Shown: positions 49,142 through 61,781 of the stretch, in pieces
Position numbering within the stretch: position 1 is the stretch's first letter
Layout: every line of letters begins with the position of its first letter
NCBI GenBank assembly: GCA_977016875.1
Contig: CDRNST010000233.1
Location: 2,108,001 to 2,172,000, forward strand
Direction: 5' to 3'
Source: Pavona decussata
Taxonomy: Eukaryota
Length of the DNA: 64,000 bases
Program-made: the position numbers and the translations under genes
Notes under the pieces: generated by a model
Databases searched by the model: none
What the model was told of the DNA's origin: nothing
What the model saw: only the letters and a program-made list of their open reading frames with translations

Positions 49142-51900
49142 AGATGGTTGGTGCATAATATCCAGAGGATCGGTCTTTTGAAGCAAAACATGTCAGACCA
49201 AAAGCAGGAGAAATACAAGTTTACTTGAAACGATATTTGTAAATCCATCTGGGAACAAAAAATGACCATCAATAGGAATCAGCAAATTTTTTAAAATTAC
49301 CAGTGAAGTACAATAGCATGCAAGCGCTTGGTACTAAGAAACGCTGAACTCACGTAGTACGTACTTAGAAACTGTTTTACGATGCGTTTTGATTGGGTCT
49401 TTTGGAACCGGTGTTATCCAAATTAAAAACTTTGTTGATAACGTAATGTTGCATGAACTAGCATATGATTATTAAAGAATTAGGTTTGGACACTCTGTTC
49501 CCTTGATCTTTTACATGAATTATTAAGGTACGGAAAGGAGGGGAAGTAAGATTATTGCCCAAGCAAATCCTCCGACTGTCTTTCTTCACACCATTATATG
49601 ATTTTTAACAATAACCTAAAATTAATGAATGCACTTGTACCCAAATGGTGTTAAACATCTAGTGGTTTCAAACCTAACGTGTTGTAGCCACGAGAGGTCG
49701 TCCATGATTTTACATTTTATGGGGTTCGAGCGCTCTATCTGGGGAATTGCATTCGTCGGCGATCGATGTGGCGTTGGAAGGGGGAAGTGAATGATCTAGC
49801 TATAATACAGGAACGTTATAGTCCTGTTTGGTCCATTCCCGTTCGCGAGCGGCCAAGAACCAGACATATTATGTGTTAAAATAACAGAGAGACCCTCACA
49901 GTTCTTTGGAAAACTTAAGCAGTTGCGAAAGGATACTGGAAAAAGTCAGGCTTGAACGGGATTTGACCCTTTCATGCCCTTATTTTCGCAAATAACTGCG
50001 AAGAACTACCTTTCCTTTTATATAAAATTGGATCCTCAGTTCCAATACATTATTCATATTCATTTGCTCTTCTTTCACGGGTATATCACGAACTCAGAAT
50101 GGGACCAGCTCCCAGTTGGTTTGCAATCGATAGCTCAGTTGGTAGTAATGGGAGACATCCATATCTCCATTCGCAGATTTGGTACTCAATTTTCCTTTTT
50201 CTTAATGCCTTAAGATTACTCTTACTTAATATCAGCTGAGAAATCAAATTCAGTTACAAAGGAACAACCAAAGCGAATAGCCCTGTAGTACCGTTCCCGC
50301 ACGAGATGCATGGAGCGACTTTTTTCTTGCTTCTTTTTATTAAATATTGATCGTTTGTATTGTGTACATTCCTCTAAGACTCACAATTTACTACTACAAT
50401 TCCGCCTGAGAAAAAAAGTGTAAATATTAATAATAAAAACAAAATAAAAATAACAAAACGACCATTGTACGTTTATGTAGCAATTTACATATTATATTCT
50501 GATCTAAACTAATCTAAATAGTACGCAGCCATTGTCCTAAACTAGAAGCACTCTTCAAAGAGCTGTTTAATGTGTTATAAATTTTAAGATGTGCTATCTA
50601 AAGGTAGAACCTCTATGTATAACAGCAGGGAGTTTCGTTTCCGTTGTTGCTGTTCAGTGTTGTTTGCCTGTTTGTTTGCTTTTAATACATTGGTGGACAC
50701 AATGAATTGATTTTTTATGATTCCCTCGACATAATTATTAAAAACTAATAGCACCAATAAACACTTTATTTAATTGGCTAGGTCAATTTACCCATCTTCC
50801 CGGGACCTAAACGAACATTGCCCCCTTCTCTAACACCAGAACAGATTAGGAAGATCCAGGATCCTGGAACGGTTATAGTCCCTGCACTCAGTGCTGCAGT
50901 TAAAAAAAAGCCGACAAAAAGCAACCAATAAATAGACACAATCGCAGTTCCGACAAGAACCGGAGAGTGTTTTTGTGGTTAAATTAAACCTCGCTGGACC
51001 GTGCGCTAAAAAATAATCGCTTTCAAAATCATTTGCTTTAGACTTCAAAAAGTCAAGTCAAACGCAGTCTCCAAATGTTGATGACTTTGTTACTTGACGA
51101 ACAACATGCCATCAAGGTTGCGATATATCCCAAGGCTGTCATCTGCCGGTTTCTGAGGACAAGGATAACCATATAAGGCACGTCTGCCGGTCCCTGTTTC
51201 GGAATCAACAAAGAGAACCGTATAATCAACATTTATCTTTTTTTTTTACTTCAATGATTAATGAACTATATAGGCATGTATGATGGTGTTAGATAACTTT
51301 GTATCGTGCTGAGTGACTAGGAATAAAAGTAATCATCTATTGGAACACGCCGTTTTTCAGGAGGCTAATGTATTTAGCTGAGGGAATTGGCCCTAAGTAA
51401 ATTGTTTTCTCAACTTGTGTGCTTTTCAGATTGTTCGTTAAATATATAATTTTGATTTATTAATTTAAAACGAATTCTCTGACTCACAGTCAGAAAAGGA
51501 AATCATATCTTTTCATTATTACTGATTTAGTGAACCGGCCACACTTTTATTTGGCTTACTCAAGCTTGATGAAAACCACATAGATCCACACTGACCATCA
51601 TCGTGTCCATCAAAAACTAAAATCAAGAAGGAGAAAAGAACGATATCAAAGAACAGTGGTTGAACGGGCACTAAACATAACTTAGTGTTAGTAAATAGTA
51701 AAACAGTCTTGGAGCGGGTAACAATGTAGTTAAAAACCCTCAATGTTTAAATCAACATTTTGTTATCTATGAAGCTTCGCCTATCAGCGAAGGCATAACA
51801 TGAAAACGAAAACAGAAGCGCCAAGGACGCTTTCCCTAAATAAAAAACTTTTAATTCTTGGTCACGTTCTCTTGCGTTCGGCTGCTTAGTGTTGGTGGAG
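49142..51900. repeat. Segmental duplication, matched by 58411-64000 (continues past the window end)
   Basis: Collinear high-identity match from agatggttggtgca to gcttagtgtt..gtggag. The second copy has extra insertions (58503-58984, ~60825-61605, 61979-63328). Confidence 0.9.
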
Positions 51901-54219
51901 CAGTGAACAGTTGGCGTGATGGTCCAGTCCAGTTTTCAAACAATTCTGATTAATTCTTACTAAAATGTGGTGGTAGGAGGTGAGAGAAAATTTTAATTGA
52001 GGAAAGAAAGTGAGTCGTTCGAGAAAATGACAGACATCAATTAACGATTAAGGTCCGTTATTTATTACCTCTGTAGCAATCCGTGGTGCCAATACTGTAT
52101 CCCTCATGAATGCTTGTACAGTTGCTAGTTTCCCAGTGATACGGATAGGAGCTGGAAATGATGATCCGCGGACAACTGAATACAAGAATGGAAACGATTA
52201 AATAAAATGAAACAAGTGAATGAATGAGTGAATGAAATGAGTGAATGCAGGTACTCACTTTGCACTACTGCACGAGGAGTCGAAATTTTGTGGACCACTT
52301 GGAATCTGGAATTGAAAGCCTGATTAGCCTTTTTAACAGCTTTTAACCGTCCGAAACAAAATATATTTTATGCCATAGAGAATACAGCCAATCAAAAAGC
52401 GAGAAACCGTTGCATATTCTGTGGTATGTAACGGGCAGTATTCCACTAAACATCCCGGCGTTCCTCGCGGCCTACAAACTTTTTCCCGCCGAAAGATCGA
52501 TTGAAGGGTCTGCGACAGGTCAAAATTTTCATTCAGATAAAATTACTGTCAACAACTAAAACATTTTTCACGATGTACCACTCGAAAAAGTTGCATAACT
52601 AGTATTTCTTACAACAAAAAAGTTTCATTTGACATACCTGGTAGAACATAGAGTAGTTCATTTTCACCACATCGACTCGGAAAGTTCCTAGTAAGATATT
52701 AAACGGTGGTTTTTCTATTAAACAAGGGATCCTAAATAAAAGCTGGGTCTGAAATATTATTGCGTGCATTAAACAAGAATTATTTCAACAACCTCGTCTT
52801 GAAATAAGCTTTAATACAGCAGCGTATCTAAATTGTTTGATTAATTTTCCAGGTGTATCGGAGATGAACATGACACAAGTAATAGAGCAAAATTCTCGCA
52901 GACAAATGTTGCAGTAAATGAGGCATAGTAATATGCTTTATTTTATAAGACGAAACGTTGAATTACTGAAATTATATTTTTAGCATTGAATCCATGAATT
53001 AGGCTTTGCTTAATTAATCTGATTGTCCTACCTTCAGCCAGTGCCAGTTTATGTATGTCCTCGTCACTTAACTTCCGAGCTTTGATGACTGACTCATGAG
53101 CAGGAACACAGAGCACTGAGTTGAGGCAGTTGTTTGAATTTCTTTGAAGATGATTGTTGTTTTTTGAGCTTATGCTCACCACCAAGGTCCATCCCCCACC
53201 TGAATATTTCAATAAAATTAAATCACTTTAGTTGGTTTTACATCGCTATGAACACCAATTCCCATCGGACACTGAACAACTACAATGGTAAAGCTCTACT
53301 TATAGCAACAAAAACGAAGATGATGATAATGATGATGAAGATGGCGATCGCAATGGTGATGACCTTGGTGGAGGTGGTGATCGATGACAACGACGACAAC
53401 AATAACAGTGATGATGATGATGATGATTGTAGTGTTGATGCTGACAAATTAATTTTAATATAACGCATGGAGTGAATTTCTTCTTTTAACTCTCTGAATT
53501 TTCTTGTATCTGTATACCTACCATGATTGTCCATATCGCAATAAACTTGTGCATCCCTGTTCCCAATCTTTAACCAGTAATAGCCACTATGAGCTTGTGG
53601 GAATGCCTGGCTTATTTCCGCGCATGATTTAAATCCATGTTTCTATGTGATAAATACAAATGTCATTAAATATAATATAATTATCGATGTAATGTTCGTT
53701 ACATTGCAGAAGGCTCAATAATTGAAATTTTTTGGGTCCTATTGGGTCGGTTCCTTTTTGTTTGGTATTAAATTTAATTCCCTTCTCAAATCAGACCTAC
53801 TAATCACATCTAACTTTCATTGTCCCGACTGCGGTGCAAACTGATTTTAGGGAGATGATTTTGTTGCTGTTTGCAAAGTCAAAGCAGGTGGCACGACTGA
53901 CCTTTCTGTGCTTTACAGACGTGTCCATGTAAACAAATCCATGCTTCGGCCCATAATCCTGAGGGTGGGTAAATCTGTCAGCATCGTTTAAGTCACATGA
54001 ATTGTCATTCAGCCTGAAGTTCAAACTCTTACATCGCGACTCGTCTGCACACATCATTACGCAGTCTGCAAGACGGGAGCAGACCCTCGTGTAAATCACA
54101 TGGTTAGCCAAGCGATGGCCGTACACTGAGAGTGATTGCACTTGACACTGTTCGAAGGCGTGAAGCAGCTTTGCAGAGTTAATGATGATGAGAATACCAA
54201 CAAAATACTGCAGCAGCAT
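51090..54219 (-). CDS. Secreted PAN/apple-domain + fibrinogen-related (intelectin-like) protein, 323 aa, 8 exons
   Basis: Exons 54219-53902, 53642-53522, 53199-53032, 52687-52638, 52305-52259, 52175-52069, 51616-51560, 51193-51090 (phases 0,1,1,0,2,1,1; 972 nt). Signal peptide, PAN motif CVMMCADESRCKSLNF..CDLN, fibrinogen N-motifs SCAEI..SGYYW..VYCDM..GGGWTLV, C-terminal GMLFVK. Confidence 0.85.
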
Positions 54220-54508
54220 GGTATCAATTTTCCTGGAAGAAACGTTCATTTGCAATTTGTTCTGTGCTTTTATGTGTGATTTTAAAAGTTAAACAGGAGG
54301 TAGTTAATACAACAACAGGCAAAAACTGAAAACGCTTTTGGAAACGACTGGAAACTGAACACATAAAAACAAAGCACAGTAACGATTCGATTACGCATCC
54401 TCCTTCCAACACGCTCGATCACACTTGTCTGTCCGTCTAATAGTCTCCTTCCACGTGAGCACCCCTATTGGGTAAAAGTCCCAGTTTCGATAATTGACCC
54501 CTATTGGA

Positions 54509-57500
54509 ATAGTGACGCGTTCAGACCAAGGCAGAAGAAGGTTACATGGGCCAAAGTAAAGTAAACTACTACTTGAGATTTCTTCCTTAAGCTGTTACTG
54601 AGGTTTTATCAAGCAGCTATTAGGAAATCCCTTTATGTAGTACCCATTCCGATGATTAGGGAAACCATGAATTTAATTAAGGCGAGGACTGTTGTTTACT
54701 TTCACCTAAATTGGTGCATCCATCGATCCAATTCTTGCGGTAAATATTTGTTTCGAAAAGGCTAAATCGTTTAAAAAACAAAACTTTTCGTTTTCTTTGG
54801 CTTTTTTGTCACTTAAAAAAATATTAGAAAAAGTTTTTACTTTAGTGATATTGGGAAATACTTCTTTTTTCTTTTTTTTTTTTTTTTTAGAAGAGAAATG
54901 TTATTTAGTCAACAGCAGCTGGTAATTCTGGATCAGATGCAGATCTGCCTCCCACAGTTTTTCGTCGACTTACCAATTCAATTCAAAAAGAAAAAAGACC
55001 ATACAGATCACACTGTCTCAGCGTACGCAAATATTCCTTTGAAAGGCTCGAAAACGGACTTGGAAAAAAGAAAGCCTCTTTTTTACAGTATAGTACATTA
55101 CTGAAATATTCCCGTTTAGGGACGTGCCCCCGAAAACGTAGTTTTTGACAAGTTATCAAAAGCCACATCAAAGTTTCGCAATTTTAAAACATCCACTCTG
55201 TTGCGGTTGTTTTTGTTTTTGTCCTATGTAAAAATTTAACAGGAAAAATAAGTTACCATATGATCAGAACAGAAGACTGTCTTGCGGCCTAATAAGATTA
55301 TTTAAATCCAGTGTACGTGCACGATCACATGTGAGAATTATGATGGGTCTTATTACGCCTCGTTAAACAAGTTTTGCATCTTCAGTTACATTAGTCGTGA
55401 TATGAAGACAGTTTTCCACGTATCTTAACTTAGTATTTTGTCAAACGTGCAAATTACTTGAATTTTGAAGGTTAACTTTAAAAAACATTAGAATTAGAAA
55501 TAGCTTCATCATTTACCGTCACCTGTCACATTCCATATACGGCACCGAAATATATTTATTATTTTGTAAAAGAAACTCCTTGAACTTTAAGTTGATATTT
55601 AACTCGAAGTTTTGCCAACACGTAAATGACAGCCTAAGAGCTAAAACTTTTACGTATGCAACTACATGACTGTTAAGTTTTCATTTCACACAATTCAGTT
55701 GTAAACACCAAATGTATTTGTATTTAGTTTGGTGTAAACATATCTACCCGCCTCGACTAGGTTCAGCTATTTGCAGGTAGGTATATAAACACCTTGTAAC
55801 TGTCTATTTTAATAAAGTGTTGTTGTTGTTGTTGTTAGTTCTCGTTAAAATTCATTTTCAAATTCAATATTGATTAACACACAATGAACGTTTCACTTGA
55901 GATATAAGCACGCATGCAACATTGAGGATTCATTCATTGAGGATGAGGATTAGAGTCAACACTGAGTCTATTACTGTAACATTAAAAGAGATTTGGATGC
56001 CGCTCATAACAAATGTTTTAAAAAACTTATTTTAAGCAAATAATAAAAGAAAATTCAAAAGCCTGAGGCAAACGTCGAATCTTAGTCGAACTTAATTCGT
56101 CGAACCTATTAATTTTGAAATAGGCGCATGAATGGTGCGACATTTGCCGCAAGCAAGTTCGACTCAAATGAATTGGTTCGACTAAAGCGTAAGTCGGATA
56201 ACGCGACAGTGGTTCGGCGTTTCAGAAAACGCCGTTCTAAACACTCGCTGAACTCAATTCATAAATCATGCAAATTACAAAATAATTGATTCAAATGTGA
56301 TGGACTGCTCAAACATCACAAAAATACCGACTCCCCCATCAATGGTGTTTTTTGCAGATTCATTTTCAATCAAACTACTGGGTTATTTTCTTCATGGTGC
56401 CTTACTTGTGATACATATTCTCTATGGAAACGAACAAAATTTTTATTTATGAACCATGAGACTAGAATACTGTACGGTAACGGAGGCTTAAGGGTTTGAT
56501 GAAAAGTATTAATTAGGGAAACCGCAAAAATAAATTGACACTTGCATTGTTGTTTCATTTGTCAATACTTGGATAGTGACGCGTTCAGACCAAGGCAAAA
56601 GAAGGTTACATGGGCCAAATTAAAATAAACTACTACTTGAGATTTCTTCCTTAAGCTGTTTATATTGAGGTTTTATCAAGCAGTTATTAGGAAATACATT
56701 CATGTAGTACCCATTCCGATGTTTAGGGAAACCATGAATTTAATTAAGGCGAGGACTGTTGTTTACTTTCACCTGCACTGGTGCATCCATCGGTCCAATT
56801 CTTGCAGTAAATATTTGTTTCGGAAAGGCTAAATCGTTTAAAAAAACAAACTTTTCGTTTTCTTTGGCTTTCTTGTCACTTAAAAAAATATTAGTAAAAG
56901 TTTTTACTCAAGTGATGTTGGGAAATACTTCTTTTTGTTTTTTGAGAAGAGAAATGTTATTTAGTCAACAGCAGCTGGTAATTCTGGATAAGATGCAGAT
57001 CTGCTTCCCACAATTTTTCGTCGACTTACCAATTCAATTCAAAAAGAAAAAAGACCGTACATATCAAACTGTCTCAGCGTACGCAAATATTCCTTTGAAA
57101 GGCTCGAAAACGGACTTGGAAAAAAGAAAGCCTCTTTTTTACAGTATAGTACATTACTGAAATATTCCCGTTTAGTGACGTGCCCCCGAAAACGTAGTTT
57201 TTGACAAGTTATCAAAAGCCACATCAAAGTTTCGCAATTTTAAAACATCCACTCTGTTGTGGTTGTTTTTGTTTTTGTCCTATGTAAAAATTTAACAGGA
57301 AAAATAAGTTACCATATGATCAGAACAGAAGACCGTCTTGCGGCCTAATAAGATTATTTAAATCCAGTGTACGTGCACGATCACATGTGAGAATTATGAT
57401 GGGTCTTATTACGCCTCGTTAAACAAGTTTTGCATCTTCAGTTACATTAGTCGTGATATGAAGACAGTTTTCCACGTATCTTAACTTGGTATTTTGTCAA

Positions 57501-57960
57501 ACGTGCAAATTACTTGAATTTTGAAGGTTAACTTTAAAAAACATTAGAATTAGAAATAGCTTCATCATTTACCGTCACCTGTCACATTCCATATACGGCA
57601 CCGAAATATATTTATTGTTTTGTAAAAGAAACTCCTTGAAGTTCAGTTGTTAACCCCAAATGTATTTGTATTTAGTTTAGTATAAACATATCTACCCGCC
57701 TCGACTAGCTTCAGCTATTTGCGGGTAGGTATATAAACACCTTGTAACTGTCTTTTTTTTTTTTTAATAAAGTCAGTGTTGTTGTTGTTGTTAGTTCTTT
57801 TTTCATTAAAATTCATTTTCAAATTCAATATTAATTAACACACAATTAACGTTTAACTTGAGATATAAGCACGCATGCAACATTCAGTACAGGATAGATT
57901 TTTAGCAGAATTGAACGCGATGAGGATTAGAGTCAACAATGAGTCTATTACTGTAACATT
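54509..57960. repeat. ~1.4-kb direct repeat pair (54509-55983 and 56573-57960) upstream of the PAN gene
   Basis: Near-identical collinear sequence from atagtgacgcgttcagacc to gagtctattactgtaacatt, with a ~590-bp spacer. Confidence 0.9.
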
Positions 57961-58502
57961 CGAATCCAACTACTTATTTGTAACTTCTGGCTTATCGAAA
58001 ACCGTGTGAGGTCAGTAGTGTTTTTACTTGTAAAATGAGTAACTTGTTTTGTAAATTAGCGAGAAAATGCGACACAATTTTTATCATAAAGTCGAAACTA
58101 GGTCAAAAACCTTCAAAAAAAACAAAACAAAAAAACAACAACAACAAAAAGTATAACAAACCTGTGCACACCAATGCGTCCTCACAAGCAATCTTTTTGG
58201 TTACGAGAAGCCGCAGAAGATCCGCACAGCACAAAGGCCAGTAACAAATTACATATTCTTCTTCGAGAGTGAAACGATACTGATGCAATTGAGGCGATTC
58301 GATTCTTATTCACTTGCGGTCTCGGTACTTGCGTCATGGCTGCTATGGTAACTGACCTTATTTTTTGTTTTGTACCTAGTCGCCAGTGCTCATTAAAGAC
58401 AGAATTAAAGAGATGGTTGGTGCATTATCTAGAGGATCGGTCTTTTGAAGCAAAACATGTCAGACCAAGAGCAGGAGAAAAACAAGTTTACTAAAAACGA
58501 TA

Positions 58503-58984
58503 CACTCTGTTTTTTTCATCAAAACCATTTTTATAAGAACATCGAGGCTGAGATTAACCAAAATTTTAAGAACGTATTAAGAACATTCTTCAGGCTGAGA
58601 GTCGATTACTACTACTGCTGCTGCTGCTGCAGCAGCAGTATAAAATCAAGGTAACAAATGTAAATTAACCAAAAGACTTAAGGGCGTGTTTTGTATAACA
58701 TTAACAATGGTGACACACATCCCGGTTTGTCATAATCAGCAATTCTCAGCAGGCAATGCACTTTGAGAGCTTTCCTGATCGCGTTTGCATTGCCGTTTAC
58801 TGCAATACATGTAGTGTATACCATGTAATTTAAGAACATCTTAAGAACGTTTTCAGCCTCAAATTGCAAAAAAATATAAGAAAGTTCAGCCTCAGCTCCA
58901 AAATTAGACGTTCTTATGAAAAAAACAAAAAACAAAAAACAAACAACAACAACAACAACAACAAAAAAAAAAAAACCCAGGGTG
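58503..58984. mobile_element. TA-targeting MITE (Tc1/mariner-type)
   Basis: Termini cactctg / cagggtg flanked by TA. The empty site gaaacgatatttgtaaatcc is present in the paralogous copy at ~49227. Confidence 0.75.
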
Positions 58985-61781
58985 TATTTGTAAATCCATC
59001 TGGGGACAAAAATGACCATCATTAGGAATCATCAATATTTAAATTACCACTGAAGTACAATAGCATGCAAGCGGTTTGTACTAAGAAACGATGAACTCAC
59101 GTAGTACGTACTTAGAGACTGTTTTACGATGCGTTTTGATTGGGTCTTTTGCAACCAGGTGTTATCCAAATTAGAAACTTTGTTCATAACATATATGTTA
59201 CACGAACTAGCATATGACTATTAAAGAATTAGATTTGGACACTCTGTTCCCCTTTATCTTTTACATGCATTATTAAGGGTACGGAAAGAAGGAGAAGTTA
59301 GAGCATTGCCCAAGCAAATCCTCGGACTGTCTTTCTTCACAGCATTATATAATTTTTAACAATTACCTTAATGAATGCGCTTGAACCCAAATGGTGTTAA
59401 ACATCTAGTGGCTTCAAACCTAAGGTGTTGTAGCCACGAGAGGTCATCTATGATTTGTATTTCATGGGGTTCGAGCGCTTTATCTGGGGAATTGCGTTCA
59501 TCGGCGATCGATATGGCAGTGGAAGGGGGAAATAAATGATATAGCTATAATATAGGAACGTTATATTCTTGTTTGGTCCATTCCCGTTCGCGAGCGGCCA
59601 AGAGCCAGACATATTATGTGTTAAAATAACATAGAGACCCTCAAAGTTCTTTGGAAAACTTAAGCAGTTGCGAAAAGATACTGGAAAAATTCAGGCTTGA
59701 ACAGGATTTGACGCTTTCATGCCCTTATTTTCGCAAACAACTCGGAACTTACTTTCCTTTTATATAAAATTGGATCCTCAGTTCCAATACATTATTCATA
59801 TTCATTTGCTCTTTATTCGACGGGTCATGATATCACGAACTCAGAATGGGACCAGCTCCCAGTTGGTTTGCAATTGATAGCTCAGTTGGTAGTAATAGGA
59901 GACATCCATATCTCTATTCGCAGATTTGGTATTCAATTTTCCTTTTTCTTAATGCCTTAAGATTACTCTTATTTAATATCAGCTGAGAAATCAAATTCAG
60001 TTACAAAGGAACAACCAAAGCGAATCGCCCAAATTGCGCAATTGTGTTAAACCTTCGAAAAATGTATTGTCCTGTAGTACCGTTCCCGCACGAGATGCAT
60101 GAGCGACTTTGTTTCTTGCTTTTTTTATTGAATATTGATCGTTTGTATTGTGTACATTCCTTTAAGACTCACAATCTACTACTACAATTCCGCCTGAGAA
60201 AAAAGAGTATAATAATAAAAACAAAATAAAAATAACATAACGACTATTTTAAGTTTATGCAGCAAATCCGTTGGGGAAAATTTGTATTGTGTACATTCCT
60301 CTTAGACTCACAATCTACTACTACAATCCCGCCTGAGAAAAGAAATTATAATAATAAAAACAAAATAAAAATAACGTAACGACTATTTTACGTTTATGTA
60401 GCAATTTACATATTATATTCTAATCTAAACTAATCTAAATAACACGCAGCGATTGTCCTAAACTAGAAGCACTCTTCAAAAAGCTGTTTAATGTGTTATA
60501 AATTTTCAGATGTGCTATCTAAAGCTAGACCCTCTATGTATAACACCTTATTAAGTTATATTAGTTTCATATTTACAGGTAGGAAGTTTCGTTTCCGTTG
60601 TTGCTGTTCGAGTGTTGTTTGCCTGTTTGTTTGCTTTTAATACATTGGTGGACACAATGAATTGATTTTTTTTATGATTCCCTCGACAAAATTATTAAAA
60701 ATAATAATACCAATAAACACTTTATTTAATTGGCTAGGTCAATTTTCCCATCATCCCGGGACCTAAACGAATATTGCCCCCTCCTCTAATACAAGAACAG
60801 ATTAGGAAGACCCAGGATCCTGGATANNNNNNNNNNNNNNNNNNNNNNNNNNNNNNNNNNNNNNNNNNNNNNNNNNNNNNNNNNNNNNNNNNNNNNNNNN
60901 NNNNNNNNNNNNNNNNNNNNNNNNNNNNNNNNNNNNNNNNNNNNNNNNNNNNNNNNNNNNNNNNNNNNNNNNNNNNNNNNNNNNNNNNNNNNNNNNNNNN
61001 NNNNNNNNNACAGCAGTAGCAGTAGTAGTAGGAGTAGTAGCAGTAGTAGTAGTAGTAGTAGTAGCAGTACGTAGCAGTATAGTAGAGCAACAACAGCAGC
61101 AGCAGCGGTAGCAGCAGTAGTGGTAGTTACTATAGTATAATAAACCGCCCTTTGTATAAACCGGCCCATGAATTGTCAGGAGCTTAGAGTTTCGTAAGCT
61201 GTTGTCAAAGTAATCAATTTTGAAACAAAAAATCTTCCCAATAATATGCAGTGTCCTAAAACAAACCTTTTCCAAAAATAGGCGCCTCATGGAGTCACCT
61301 TAGGCCCCTCATCGAGTCCTTTCAACAAATATAAACCAAACTCAAGGGATTTAACGGACAATGGAGGTCTTGGAAGTTAAGTTAAAAGGATATCTTTGAG
61401 CTCTCAATAAATGGTCCATGCAATTCAATTTGATCTACAGGTGACGCAATTTTGACCAAACTTTGCACATTTGAAAATACAAGGACCTCTCTACACTTGA
61501 AGATTTGATTAGACCCTTGCCGTTTTCGTATCTTTGGTGCGATACACATCCCGAAAACGCCGGGAAATTACCATGAGCTCAACGTTCCCAGGTCGTACCT
61601 TTCAGTAACGGTTGTAGTGCCTGCACTCAGTGCTGCGGTTAATAAAAAGCCGAAAAAAAGCAATCAATAAATAGAAACCATCCTCGCTGGACCGTGCGCT
61701 AAAAATAATCTCGTTCAAAATCATTTGCTCTATACTTCAAAAAGTCAAGTCAAACGCAGTGTCCAAATGTTGATGACTTTG

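Noticed and set aside
49915-50145. tRNA gene (gatagctcagttggtag; copy at ~59660-59895)
   Set aside because: Only tRNA-like fragments within an interspersed repeat; no full cloverleaf.
50830-50882. Alternative last exon for the PAN gene (RDYNRSRILDLPNLFWC*)
   Set aside because: Disrupted by an insertion in the paralog, whereas 51090-51193 is conserved in frame in both copies.
54509-57960. LTR retrotransposon interpretation of the 1.4-kb direct repeats
   Set aside because: No clear TG...CA inverted termini, PBS/PPT, TSD or coding interior.
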